This document shows positions 8,007 through 15,887 of a stretch of DNA of 41,041 nt, piece by piece. The DNA is from Bacilli bacterium (GTDB lineage: Bacteria; Bacillota_I; Bacilli_A; RFN20; CAG-288), in NCBI GenBank assembly GCA_900763245.1, contig CAAFJQ010000048.1:1-41041 (forward strand), in the 5' to 3' direction. Numbering within the stretch: position 1 is the stretch's first letter; each line of letters begins with the position of its first letter. The notes beneath the pieces are model-generated. The model did no database searches, was not told the DNA's origin, and saw only the letters and a list, made by a program, of their open reading frames with translations. The position numbers were made by a program, and so were the translations under genes.

Positions 8007-8846
8007 ATGAAGATTGTCGCCACTATTGTTTCTATTTTTGTCACAGCGTCTATTTTGATTGTCGGCTATGTTTTGATCCACCTGAAAAAGAAGAAGGACA
8101 AAGAATACGATGACTTTGTCCTTGACCATAGTCAAGCGTTGAAACAACTCGATTATCTCAATAGCATCTATCAGTTTTCAAAAGTGTCAAAAATCAATCT
8201 TCTTCAGGATTATGACAATGAAAACATCTATAACGGAATCTTCTGTGAAGACTATCTCATCTATTATCTAAGAGGCCACGAAGAAAAAGTCGAACATGAT
8301 ATCAAAGCAGCAGATGAGAACAAGAAGATGTGGGAAGACTACACAAGCAGACTTAGAAACCAGGTTGAACCTTTCCTGGGAAAATTCAATGCAGAACCTG
8401 GAAAACTGAAAAAGGAAAGATTAGAAAAAATCGAACACGATTATTTCCGCTCCAAATTAAAAGGGGCAACAATATCGCTTACAGCCTTTGTCAATCTCCG
8501 TCTGACCAAGATCAACGGAGCACTCGTAAAAGGAAGAGAAAGAGGATTTTCTCAGGATGAAATCATTTCCTATCTGAATAGATTAGATGATCAGGAAGAT
8601 GGGTTCTATTTAGATGATGAAATCTGGAACAGTCTTTGCAGAGTCGAAAGAGGAAAAGTCACAAACAAACTACGATTCTATATCTATAACAGAGACGGAA
8701 ACAGATGTGTCCATTGCGGAAGCAGAGAGAATCTTGAAGTCGATCATATCATACCGATCAGCAAAGGCGGAAAAACAGTCGTGAACAATCTCCAGACATT
8801 ATGCCATCGCTGCAACGTCGAAAAAGGAGCGAAAAGTCACTTCTAG
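8007..8846 (+). CDS. membrane-anchored HNH endonuclease
   Basis: N-terminal TM (IVATIVSIFVTASILIVGYVLI) and a charged central region. The C-terminus reads CVHCGS..LEVDHIIPISKGG...NLQTLCHRCNVEKG, an HNH/McrA-type motif. A GGAGG SD is present. Confidence 0.85.
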   Translation: MKIVATIVSIFVTASILIVGYVLIHLKKKKDKEYDDFVLDHSQALKQLDYLNSIYQFSKVSKINLLQDYDNENIYNGIFCEDYLIYYLRGHEEKVEHDIKAADENKKMWEDYTSRLRNQVEPFLGKFNAEPGKLKKERLEKIEHDYFRSKLKGATISLTAFVNLRLTKINGALVKGRERGFSQDEIISYLNRLDDQEDGFYLDDEIWNSLCRVERGKVTNKLRFYIYNRDGNRCVHCGSRENLEVDHIIPISKGGKTVVNNLQTLCHRCNVEKGAKSHF

Positions 8847-10288
8847 AACTGCGCTATTACAACCCTTTGATTTTTGCTCTTCGGTTTATTCGGCAAAGTA
8901 TATTTTAAGAACCCTTTCTCGATAAGGGGTTTGATATATGTATTCAGGAAATAGGATGGATGCTTCTCATCAAATCCAAAGGCCTTGGCCAAATACTCTT
9001 TGGACCGAGGCACTTTGCATTTTTCAATTATCTGTTTGACAAGATCTTCATTTAAAGCATCATCGATCTTTGTATTGAACAAAGTCACTTTAAAAGTTCC
9101 TCTGTCATCCTCAAACTTCGGAGGAAGCATCTTTGCCTTTGCCATTTCATCATAGATAGTCGGAATTCCGGAATATCGGTTTTCAGTGATTTCAAGTGTT
9201 TCCAGGATGCCTGCAATATACGGGTTTCTGATATCAGAGCGCACGCTTCCTAACTCATCCACAGAAAGCCTTCCGTAAAGTCCGCCTGGATTGCTGACTT
9301 CTATTCTATCATCATAGATTTCAATCCTGATCGGATCATTTTCCGTATAGATGCTGTAATCTCGATGAATCAAAGCGTTGAGGACAATCTCTCTTAACGC
9401 TTTGATAGGATATTCAGTCTTATCCTCTCTTAAGCCAGTCAATGGATTGACAAACGTAGACTTCTTGGTATTGTTCTGAATAAAGGGCAATGCCTGTTGA
9501 AGCATGGATGAGAGGGTTCCATCGATTCTCTTGTTATCGATAAATCGAATCCCATCTTCATTCTCTTCTCCGTAGTTATCTGTTGCACATCTGACAGCAA
9601 TGATATCCAAGTTAGGAGCAAACATCTGAGGCAGTGTTCCGAAATTCATCATACCGCAAAGAGTAGGAGAACCATTCTTATCGATGATTCCTTCCAGTTG
9701 CATGATTTTGTTCTTGTCGACACTTAACAGATTCGCTTTCTTAGTTACTAAATTCGAAATATAACCGTCTAACAGAATGGCATTCAAAGAGGAATAATCC
9801 ACTCTGTCCTTTGTTCTCAGTTCATCTTCTGACTTAAATCGAAAGGCTTCAAAACTATGGAGCTCATAATCCGTCAAAGGCAAATCCGCATCACCTACAC
9901 GAGTATATGCTCCTTTGCTCTTTCCTTTTCCTTTGTAATAACAAGGCTTAGAGAACGCATCCATTTCCGGGATTTCAGCTGAACAGATCGTTTTGCCTTT
10001 ATAATCTATTACCGTGATTAATGGTCTGATGACAGGCTCCATTTCAAGGCTCTGTTGTGTAATCTTCTTTTGCAGTTCCTGTGGATTGTCCACTCCTGTT
10101 ATCTTATATCCATGTTTTTCATCAATACCGAAAATGATGACTCCGCCTTTCGTATTCGAAAAGCTGGAGAATGTATCATAGAGAGGTTCTTCGTAAGAAT
10201 CATCATTTGATCTCACTTCGATTTCACTTGTGCCTTTTCTGATGCTCAACACCAATTCAATGATGTTTTTCAATTCATTTTCAGTCAT
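8843..10288 (-). CDS. AlbA_2/Schlafen-like DNA-binding domain protein with an HATPase_c_4-like domain and a C-terminal wHTH (the class annotated 'RecG-like ATP-binding protein')
   Basis: N-terminal ...FSNTKGGVIIFGIDEK...YTRVGDADLPLT follows the AlbA_2 pattern. The C-terminal part reads EYPIKALREIVLNALIHRDYS...IEVSNPGGLYG. I set the start at ATG 10288 (MTENELK) behind the SD gaggaaaacc. The track start at 10354 has no SD. Confidence 0.8.
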   Translation of the reverse strand: MTENELKNIIELVLSIRKGTSEIEVRSNDDSYEEPLYDTFSSFSNTKGGVIIFGIDEKHGYKITGVDNPQELQKKITQQSLEMEPVIRPLITVIDYKGKTICSAEIPEMDAFSKPCYYKGKGKSKGAYTRVGDADLPLTDYELHSFEAFRFKSEDELRTKDRVDYSSLNAILLDGYISNLVTKKANLLSVDKNKIMQLEGIIDKNGSPTLCGMMNFGTLPQMFAPNLDIIAVRCATDNYGEENEDGIRFIDNKRIDGTLSSMLQQALPFIQNNTKKSTFVNPLTGLREDKTEYPIKALREIVLNALIHRDYSIYTENDPIRIEIYDDRIEVSNPGGLYGRLSVDELGSVRSDIRNPYIAGILETLEITENRYSGIPTIYDEMAKAKMLPPKFEDDRGTFKVTLFNTKIDDALNEDLVKQIIEKCKVPRSKEYLAKAFGFDEKHPSYFLNTYIKPLIEKGFLKYTLPNKPKSKNQRVVIAQF

Positions 10289-10416
10289 GGTTTTCCTCGT
10301 CAGTTTTATTATACAACAGCTGTATCGAGTCAATTTGCGAAAATCATCGCACATTTGGCTTTTCTAAATTTTATATAAACATTTCGCAATCTTAGACAAA
10401 AACACCTTAGTAAGTT

Positions 10417-10422
10417 TATAAT
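10417..10422 (+). promoter_or_regulatory. TATAAT -10 box 6 nt upstream of the helicase ATG
   Basis: TATAAT at 10417-10422 and ATG at 10429, with no SD in atagac. An in-frame stop at 10411-10413 excludes an upstream start. A possible -35 (TTAGAC, 10392-10397) has a 19-nt spacer. Confidence 0.4.
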
Positions 10423-10428
10423 ATAGAC

Positions 10429-13400
10429 ATGGGGCTATTCGGACCTAAATTCAAAAACGACGATAAGTTGTTTCTATCGCTGAAGGATTTCTATGAGACT
10501 ATTGGAAAACTCCTCACTGAAGACAAATATATTTCCAGAAAGGAATATATTCGTTTTTGTAATGATAAAGCCAATGACTTTGACAATGTCATCACGCTAA
10601 GAAACAACAACACTTTGAATTATTGGTGCAAAACCACAAAATCCGATCCATCTTTGATTGATAAGTTCATTTATTCCTATCAGAACATTCAATCGATCAT
10701 TGAGAAACATAATAAGCAATTCATGGAACGTCATCTCGCAAAGGATAAAGATTATCTGGATAAGATCCTAAAAGATGATGATCCTAATATCATACTCGAT
10801 GAGGACCAAAGAAATGTCGTCCTCAATGATGAAGACCATGTCTTAGTCGTCGCAGGCGCAGGTGCGGGAAAGACCACTACGCTTGAAGCAAAAGCTAAAT
10901 ATCTTGTCGAAAAGAAGCATGTTGATCCAAAAAGAATTCTTGTTGTCTCGTTTACAAAGAAAGCGACAAAAGAATTGCAGGAAAGATTCGATAAAATAAA
11001 AGTGTCAGCCGTTATCACTACTTTTCATTCAATCGGAAACACCTTGATCAATTCTGCAACCGGAAAACACACTATTGTCACTCCCGGTTTCATGTTTGAC
11101 GTTTTGAAGAACTATCTTGAAACACAATTGGAAGATGCTGAATTCATCAAGAAAATCATGCTATTTTTTGCTTCCTATCTGGATATGCCTTTTGATTGTG
11201 ATAAATCAGTCGAGCTCTATAAGAAACTCTTACAGAACGCTGATTTCACAACAATGAAAAGCGATTTGGACAACTATAAGCAGACTCTTACCAGTAAGAA
11301 AGTCACAATACGTTCCGAGCGTGTCAAATCCGTTCAGGAATGTCAGATTGCTAATTTCTTGTTCATCAATGGAATCGAATATGAATATGAGCCATTGTAT
11401 CCGTATTGTTTGCCAGGGACATCAAAGCCCTATACACCTGATTTTCTCATCAGGCAAGGTAATCATGTCGCCTATCTGGAACATTATGGAATCAATGAAG
11501 ACGGCACAAACTGGAGATTCGATAAGCAAGAGCTGGAGCTGTACAAAAAGCACATCAAAGACAAAGAAATTCTTCATAAATCACATCAGACAGAACTATT
11601 GCATACTTTCTCCTCTTATGATGATAAACGGGATCTGACCTACCACTTAAGACAGGAACTGACAAAGCATGGTTTCATCTGCAGACAGATCAATAACGAA
11701 CAAATATATAGAGAACTTGCCAAGACAGCTGAAGACAGATATTTCATCAAACTGATTCAATTGATCTGTAACTTCATCAATCGATTCAAAACCAATAACT
11801 ATCATCTCGAACGCTTTTCGGATTTTCAGTCTGTCGCCAACATCAACGATGATCAAAGAACACTTCTTTTCTTGGATATTGCAAGACAGTGTTATCTGAA
11901 ATATGAGAACGCATTGGATGAAAAAGGAGCCATTGATTTTGAAGACATGATCAACAATGCCGCTGACATTCTCGATCAGAAGATACAGCGCGGTGAAAAG
12001 CTCCCCTTCGATTACATCTTCATCGATGAATATCAGGACATCTCCTTCCAACGATTCAACCTCGCTGAAAAACTCTCCAAATGCTGTGATGCCAAAATCC
12101 TCGCTGTCGGTGATGACTGGCAGTCTATTTATCGTTTTTCCGGTTCCGATATCACCTTGTTCACCGATTTTGAAAAGATCATGGGTTATGCAAGCATCCT
12201 TTATCTTACAAACACCCATAGAAACTCTCAGGAACTGATCGATATGGCGGGTTCTTTTATCATGAAAAATGATTTGCAGAAAAAGAAGATTCTAAAATCC
12301 CCGAAACATATCAAAGATCCTGTCATCATCATGAGTTACAATGACAACTACTCAAAATCAGCAATACAGCTAGATCCAAAGGAAAGTCCCTATTATAGGC
12401 TCGGTGAAGCAATCGAAGCATCACTGGATCACATTCACAATGAGTTCGGAGACGATAAATCCGTTCTCTTGCTAGGAAGATATAATTTCGATGGCAAGAA
12501 TCTCAGCCGTTTACGCGATCTCTTCTTATGTACAGAAGACAACCGTATCCGTTCTAAGAAATATCCGAAAATGAAAATCAACTTTATGACTGCTCATTCC
12601 TCAAAAGGATTGGGTGCTGACAATGTCATTATCATCAATGGAAAAGATGATATCTTGGGCTTCCCTTCAAAGATAGAAGATGACCCTGTCATGAAATTAG
12701 TTTTGAAACAAGCCAAGGAAATCGATTATGCGGAAGAAAGAAGACTCTTCTATGTCGCTATGACAAGAACGAAGAACAGAGTCTATATGATTGTCCCTAA
12801 GAACAAACCATCTCAGTTTGTTTTAGAAATCAAAGATTCCTTCACCAATATCATTCTCAACGGACCTGCTTTAGTTTCTAACAGACTGGAAGATTACCGA
12901 TACAAATGTCCGCACTGCGGCTATCCACTTCAGATCAAGAAAAGAAAACTTAATTCTTCCTATGGTGAAATGACCTTGTATGTCTGTACAAACGATCCTG
13001 AGGTATGCGGATTTGTCACAAACGATTATAGCGGTGGCAAAATGTCGATTCAAAAATGCCCACAATGTCTTAACGGATACCTTATTGTCAAGAAAATCAA
13101 GGATGACAGGGGCAATGATACTGGAAGAAGAATGTTGGGTTGCACCAACTACAATGGCGATAAAGGCTGCAAATATACAATCATGCAAGAGAATTTCTCG
13201 CCATCATGGGAAAAGATATCAAGAAACAACAACAACTATATTGAAAACGGAATCAAGCTTCCCATCGATAAATGCATTCTTGCTGGTTATCCGATTATGG
13301 ATCTTCTGAAAATATATAAATACGTTGTCGGAAAATTATCTGTAGAGAAACACTTTAAATTCAACGTTTACTCATTGACTGATTTTTTGATAGGAAAGAA

Positions 13401-13614
13401 AAACAGAGCCATCCAAATGTATCACTTGGATGAGGACAAAGCTTTCGGTCGCTTCCACAAAGATCAGATAAAACTCCTTATTGCTATCGCCTCCTCTCTG
13501 GTCGAACTAGGTTTCTTCCGAATAACAGAACCACAGTATAAATCTATCGAGTTGAATGATATACCGATAACAGAAGAATTCGCAAGGCAGGTTTTCGAGC
13601 TCTTCCGATTCTGA
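10429..13614 (+). CDS. helicase-IV-like UvrD/SF1 helicase with an embedded PD-(D/E)xK-like segment, two topoisomerase-type C4 zinc ribbons and a C-terminal wHTH
   Basis: SF1 motifs present: AGAGAGKTTT (I), IFIDEYQD (II), VGDDWQSIYRFSG (III), TAHSSKGLGADNVII (V) and YVAMTRTKNRVYM (VI). The insert reads ECQIANFLFINGIEYEYE...YTPDFLI...VAYLEHYG. The zinc ribbons are CPHC...CTNDPEVC and CPQC...CTNYNGDKGC. Confidence 0.9.
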   Translation: MGLFGPKFKNDDKLFLSLKDFYETIGKLLTEDKYISRKEYIRFCNDKANDFDNVITLRNNNTLNYWCKTTKSDPSLIDKFIYSYQNIQSIIEKHNKQFMERHLAKDKDYLDKILKDDDPNIILDEDQRNVVLNDEDHVLVVAGAGAGKTTTLEAKAKYLVEKKHVDPKRILVVSFTKKATKELQERFDKIKVSAVITTFHSIGNTLINSATGKHTIVTPGFMFDVLKNYLETQLEDAEFIKKIMLFFASYLDMPFDCDKSVELYKKLLQNADFTTMKSDLDNYKQTLTSKKVTIRSERVKSVQECQIANFLFINGIEYEYEPLYPYCLPGTSKPYTPDFLIRQGNHVAYLEHYGINEDGTNWRFDKQELELYKKHIKDKEILHKSHQTELLHTFSSYDDKRDLTYHLRQELTKHGFICRQINNEQIYRELAKTAEDRYFIKLIQLICNFINRFKTNNYHLERFSDFQSVANINDDQRTLLFLDIARQCYLKYENALDEKGAIDFEDMINNAADILDQKIQRGEKLPFDYIFIDEYQDISFQRFNLAEKLSKCCDAKILAVGDDWQSIYRFSGSDITLFTDFEKIMGYASILYLTNTHRNSQELIDMAGSFIMKNDLQKKKILKSPKHIKDPVIIMSYNDNYSKSAIQLDPKESPYYRLGEAIEASLDHIHNEFGDDKSVLLLGRYNFDGKNLSRLRDLFLCTEDNRIRSKKYPKMKINFMTAHSSKGLGADNVIIINGKDDILGFPSKIEDDPVMKLVLKQAKEIDYAEERRLFYVAMTRTKNRVYMIVPKNKPSQFVLEIKDSFTNIILNGPALVSNRLEDYRYKCPHCGYPLQIKKRKLNSSYGEMTLYVCTNDPEVCGFVTNDYSGGKMSIQKCPQCLNGYLIVKKIKDDRGNDTGRRMLGCTNYNGDKGCKYTIMQENFSPSWEKISRNNNNYIENGIKLPIDKCILAGYPIMDLLKIYKYVVGKLSVEKHFKFNVYSLTDFLIGKKNRAIQMYHLDEDKAFGRFHKDQIKLLIAIASSLVELGFFRITEPQYKSIELNDIPITEEFARQVFELFRF

Positions 13615-13625
13615 AAACTTTCATC

Positions 13626-13664
13626 AAGGATGAAATCTTTTATTAGGTGATTTCATCCTTTTTC
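13626..13664 (+). terminator. rho-independent terminator after the helicase gene
   Basis: AAGGATGAAATC (13626-13637) pairs perfectly with GATTTCATCCTT (13649-13660) and is followed by TTTC. Confidence 0.75.
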
Positions 13665-13680
13665 TATATAATAACGCAGT

Positions 13681-14970
13681 ATGAAAAAAACAGTTTATCT
13701 CAACAGAAAAGAAAAAGGCGAAACAGCCAAAGCACAGATATTCTATGTTCTTGTCTCTCTTTTTGATGGCATGGTCATCTCCTTTCTCACTATCTTCCTC
13801 AACCAGTGCGCAAGAGACCTTTCCTGGTCAAATACAATGTCTTCTTTTTCTCTTTTCCTTCCTCCCTTTGTCGCTGCTATCTCATTATTCATCTGCTCCC
13901 ATTTTGTAGCAGAACAGAAGAAGAATCTGAAGATCATGAGAATCTTATTGATCTTATCCTTTATTCTGATCATGCTCTTTTCTTCTTTAGGCTTATGGCT
14001 GAAGAGCGATAACACCTATATCCTATATTTCATCTTTGTCCTCTTCGCATCCATGATGATGGGCATACACTGGTCCTTCCTCTCTTTCCACACCTCCTGC
14101 ATCGCCGATATCAATTATGCGGAAAAGACAAAATACGGACATGTCTGCCTTTATGGCCCTTTGGCTACTGCTATTGCAACACCATTTGCAGGTTTTTTAG
14201 CAGAACTGCTCTTCTTGACCTACAAAGGATATCTCTTCCTCTTTATGGTCTCCTCTCCTCTATTGCTCATCTTATTCATGTTCACATTCTTCTTTTCACC
14301 ATTCCCTAGCAGCATGATCCACGATGACGATCATGAGAAGGTATCAAGCAGAGAACTCTTTGAAAACAAGAACTATATCCTCTATCTCATCGGTGCATCT
14401 TTATGGATTCCATTATTATGGGCCAATACCTCTCTTACCTCTGACTTATGGACCAGCTATGAAGGCCAAAGCCAGATGAATTCATTCAATCCTCTCAGTT
14501 TCGGTTTCTATTTAGGTGTATCCTCATTCTTTGAATTTGTCATCATCTTCATCAATACCCATTTTGGTATCGGAAAGAAAGTTTCTTCTTCTATGAGCCT
14601 TGCTCTATCGATGATTGTACTAGAAACATTGACTTTAGGAACATTAGCATACTTCTTCCGCGGAGAGAATGATGCAACGATTTATCTTGCAATCGGAATC
14701 ATCTTTCTTCACTCCTTCAAGGGTATGGCAAACGGCTTGTATCTCACTAGCAATATCACAATGCTCACCTATATATTAGGGCCGAAGAAGAGTAGAAAAG
14801 CAGTCTTCTTTGCACCGGTTGTCTATCAGCTAGGAAACTCTGTACTGCAGCTTACTTATCCTTACCTGAACTCTGAGCTGTTTTTTGCCTTCTTCATCCT
14901 TTCTTCTTTTGCTTTTATCGGTCTTCTCATTTCCTTTGTATTAGGCTATCGCCTACACAGAGAAAAATGA
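13681..14970 (+). CDS. polytopic membrane transporter-like protein (MFS-like, about 12 TM)
   Basis: 429 aa and almost entirely hydrophobic segments. The family assignment is tentative. TATAAT (13667-13672) lies 8 nt before the ATG and there is no SD. Confidence 0.6.
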   Translation: MKKTVYLNRKEKGETAKAQIFYVLVSLFDGMVISFLTIFLNQCARDLSWSNTMSSFSLFLPPFVAAISLFICSHFVAEQKKNLKIMRILLILSFILIMLFSSLGLWLKSDNTYILYFIFVLFASMMMGIHWSFLSFHTSCIADINYAEKTKYGHVCLYGPLATAIATPFAGFLAELLFLTYKGYLFLFMVSSPLLLILFMFTFFFSPFPSSMIHDDDHEKVSSRELFENKNYILYLIGASLWIPLLWANTSLTSDLWTSYEGQSQMNSFNPLSFGFYLGVSSFFEFVIIFINTHFGIGKKVSSSMSLALSMIVLETLTLGTLAYFFRGENDATIYLAIGIIFLHSFKGMANGLYLTSNITMLTYILGPKKSRKAVFFAPVVYQLGNSVLQLTYPYLNSELFFAFFILSSFAFIGLLISFVLGYRLHREK

Positions 14971-15019
14971 AGGAAGATGTTATAATAAAATATTCGATAT
15001 TAACGATTGAGGTATACGT

Positions 15020-15508
15020 ATGGAAAACAAACTGACATTCCGCGATGCCGAAAGAAAAGACATTCCTCTTGTTCTTTCCTTTATCAGACAGATTGCAGAA
15101 TATGAAAAGATGTCTGATGCTGTCATCGCTGACGAAAAGACACTGGAGAAATATATCTTCGATCAGAAAAAAGCTGAAGTCTTCTTTGCTATGGAAGATA
15201 ATAAAGAAATCGGCTTTGCTCTTTACTATTTCAACTTTTCGACCTTTGTCGGAAGAAGCGGACTGTATTTAGAAGATGTCTTCATCAAAGAAGAATACCG
15301 TCATAAAGGATACGGAAAAGAAATCTTAAAGAAGCTAGCTGAAAAAGCAAGAGATCTCAACTGCGGGAGAATGGAATGGGTATGCCTCAACTGGAACAGA
15401 CCCAGCATCGCTTTCTACACCTCTTTAGGTGCTATTCCAATGTCAGACTGGACGACATACCGTCTTGATGAAAAAGGTATCAGAAATCTAGCTGAAAAAG
15501 AGTTCTGA
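15020..15508 (+). CDS. GNAT family N-acetyltransferase (diamine/SSAT-like)
   Basis: 162 aa. The segment LEDVFIKEEYRHKGYGKEILKKL matches the acetyl-CoA-binding motif A pattern. A GAGGT SD is present. Confidence 0.8.
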   Translation: MENKLTFRDAERKDIPLVLSFIRQIAEYEKMSDAVIADEKTLEKYIFDQKKAEVFFAMEDNKEIGFALYYFNFSTFVGRSGLYLEDVFIKEEYRHKGYGKEILKKLAEKARDLNCGRMEWVCLNWNRPSIAFYTSLGAIPMSDWTTYRLDEKGIRNLAEKEF

Positions 15509-15593
15509 TGAAAGAGCTCTCTTAGCGTGCATTTTCAAATACATCATCTATCATCAGCGTATAATAAATGAACAGATTCAGGAGGCAACTTTT

Positions 15594-15887
15594 ATGAGTG
15601 TCAATGATTCTACCAAACATCGTCAGAACCTGAAGGTCGGTGACTATGGTCATCTCTCTGATTTGAAGAGAGGACAAGTCGCCAAAGTTTTGGATTTCCA
15701 TAATGACAATGCGGCATTAAAAAGACATCTGCTTGATATGGGCATCACAAGAGGCGTCATCGTCAAAGTGAAAAAGATTGCCCCTTTTGGCAATCCTGTC
15801 GATATACAGCTTAGAGGCTATGAACTAGCCATGCGATTAGAAGACTTGAAGAATATAGATATTGTCGTCATAGGTGAAGAAAAATGA
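15594..15887 (+). CDS. feoA: ferrous iron transport protein A (FeoA domain)
   Basis: 97 aa with an aggagg SD. Its stop overlaps the feoB start (ATGA), and the SH3-like FeoA pattern is present (G..AKV...........L.DMGI..G..V.V). Confidence 0.8.
   Translation: MSVNDSTKHRQNLKVGDYGHLSDLKRGQVAKVLDFHNDNAALKRHLLDMGITRGVIVKVKKIAPFGNPVDIQLRGYELAMRLEDLKNIDIVVIGEEK

Noticed and set aside
15509-15593. Fur box upstream of feoA.
   Set aside because: There are only loose AT-rich similarities (catcatctatcatcagcgtataataa). I could find no convincing 19-bp GATAATGATAATCATTATC-like palindrome.
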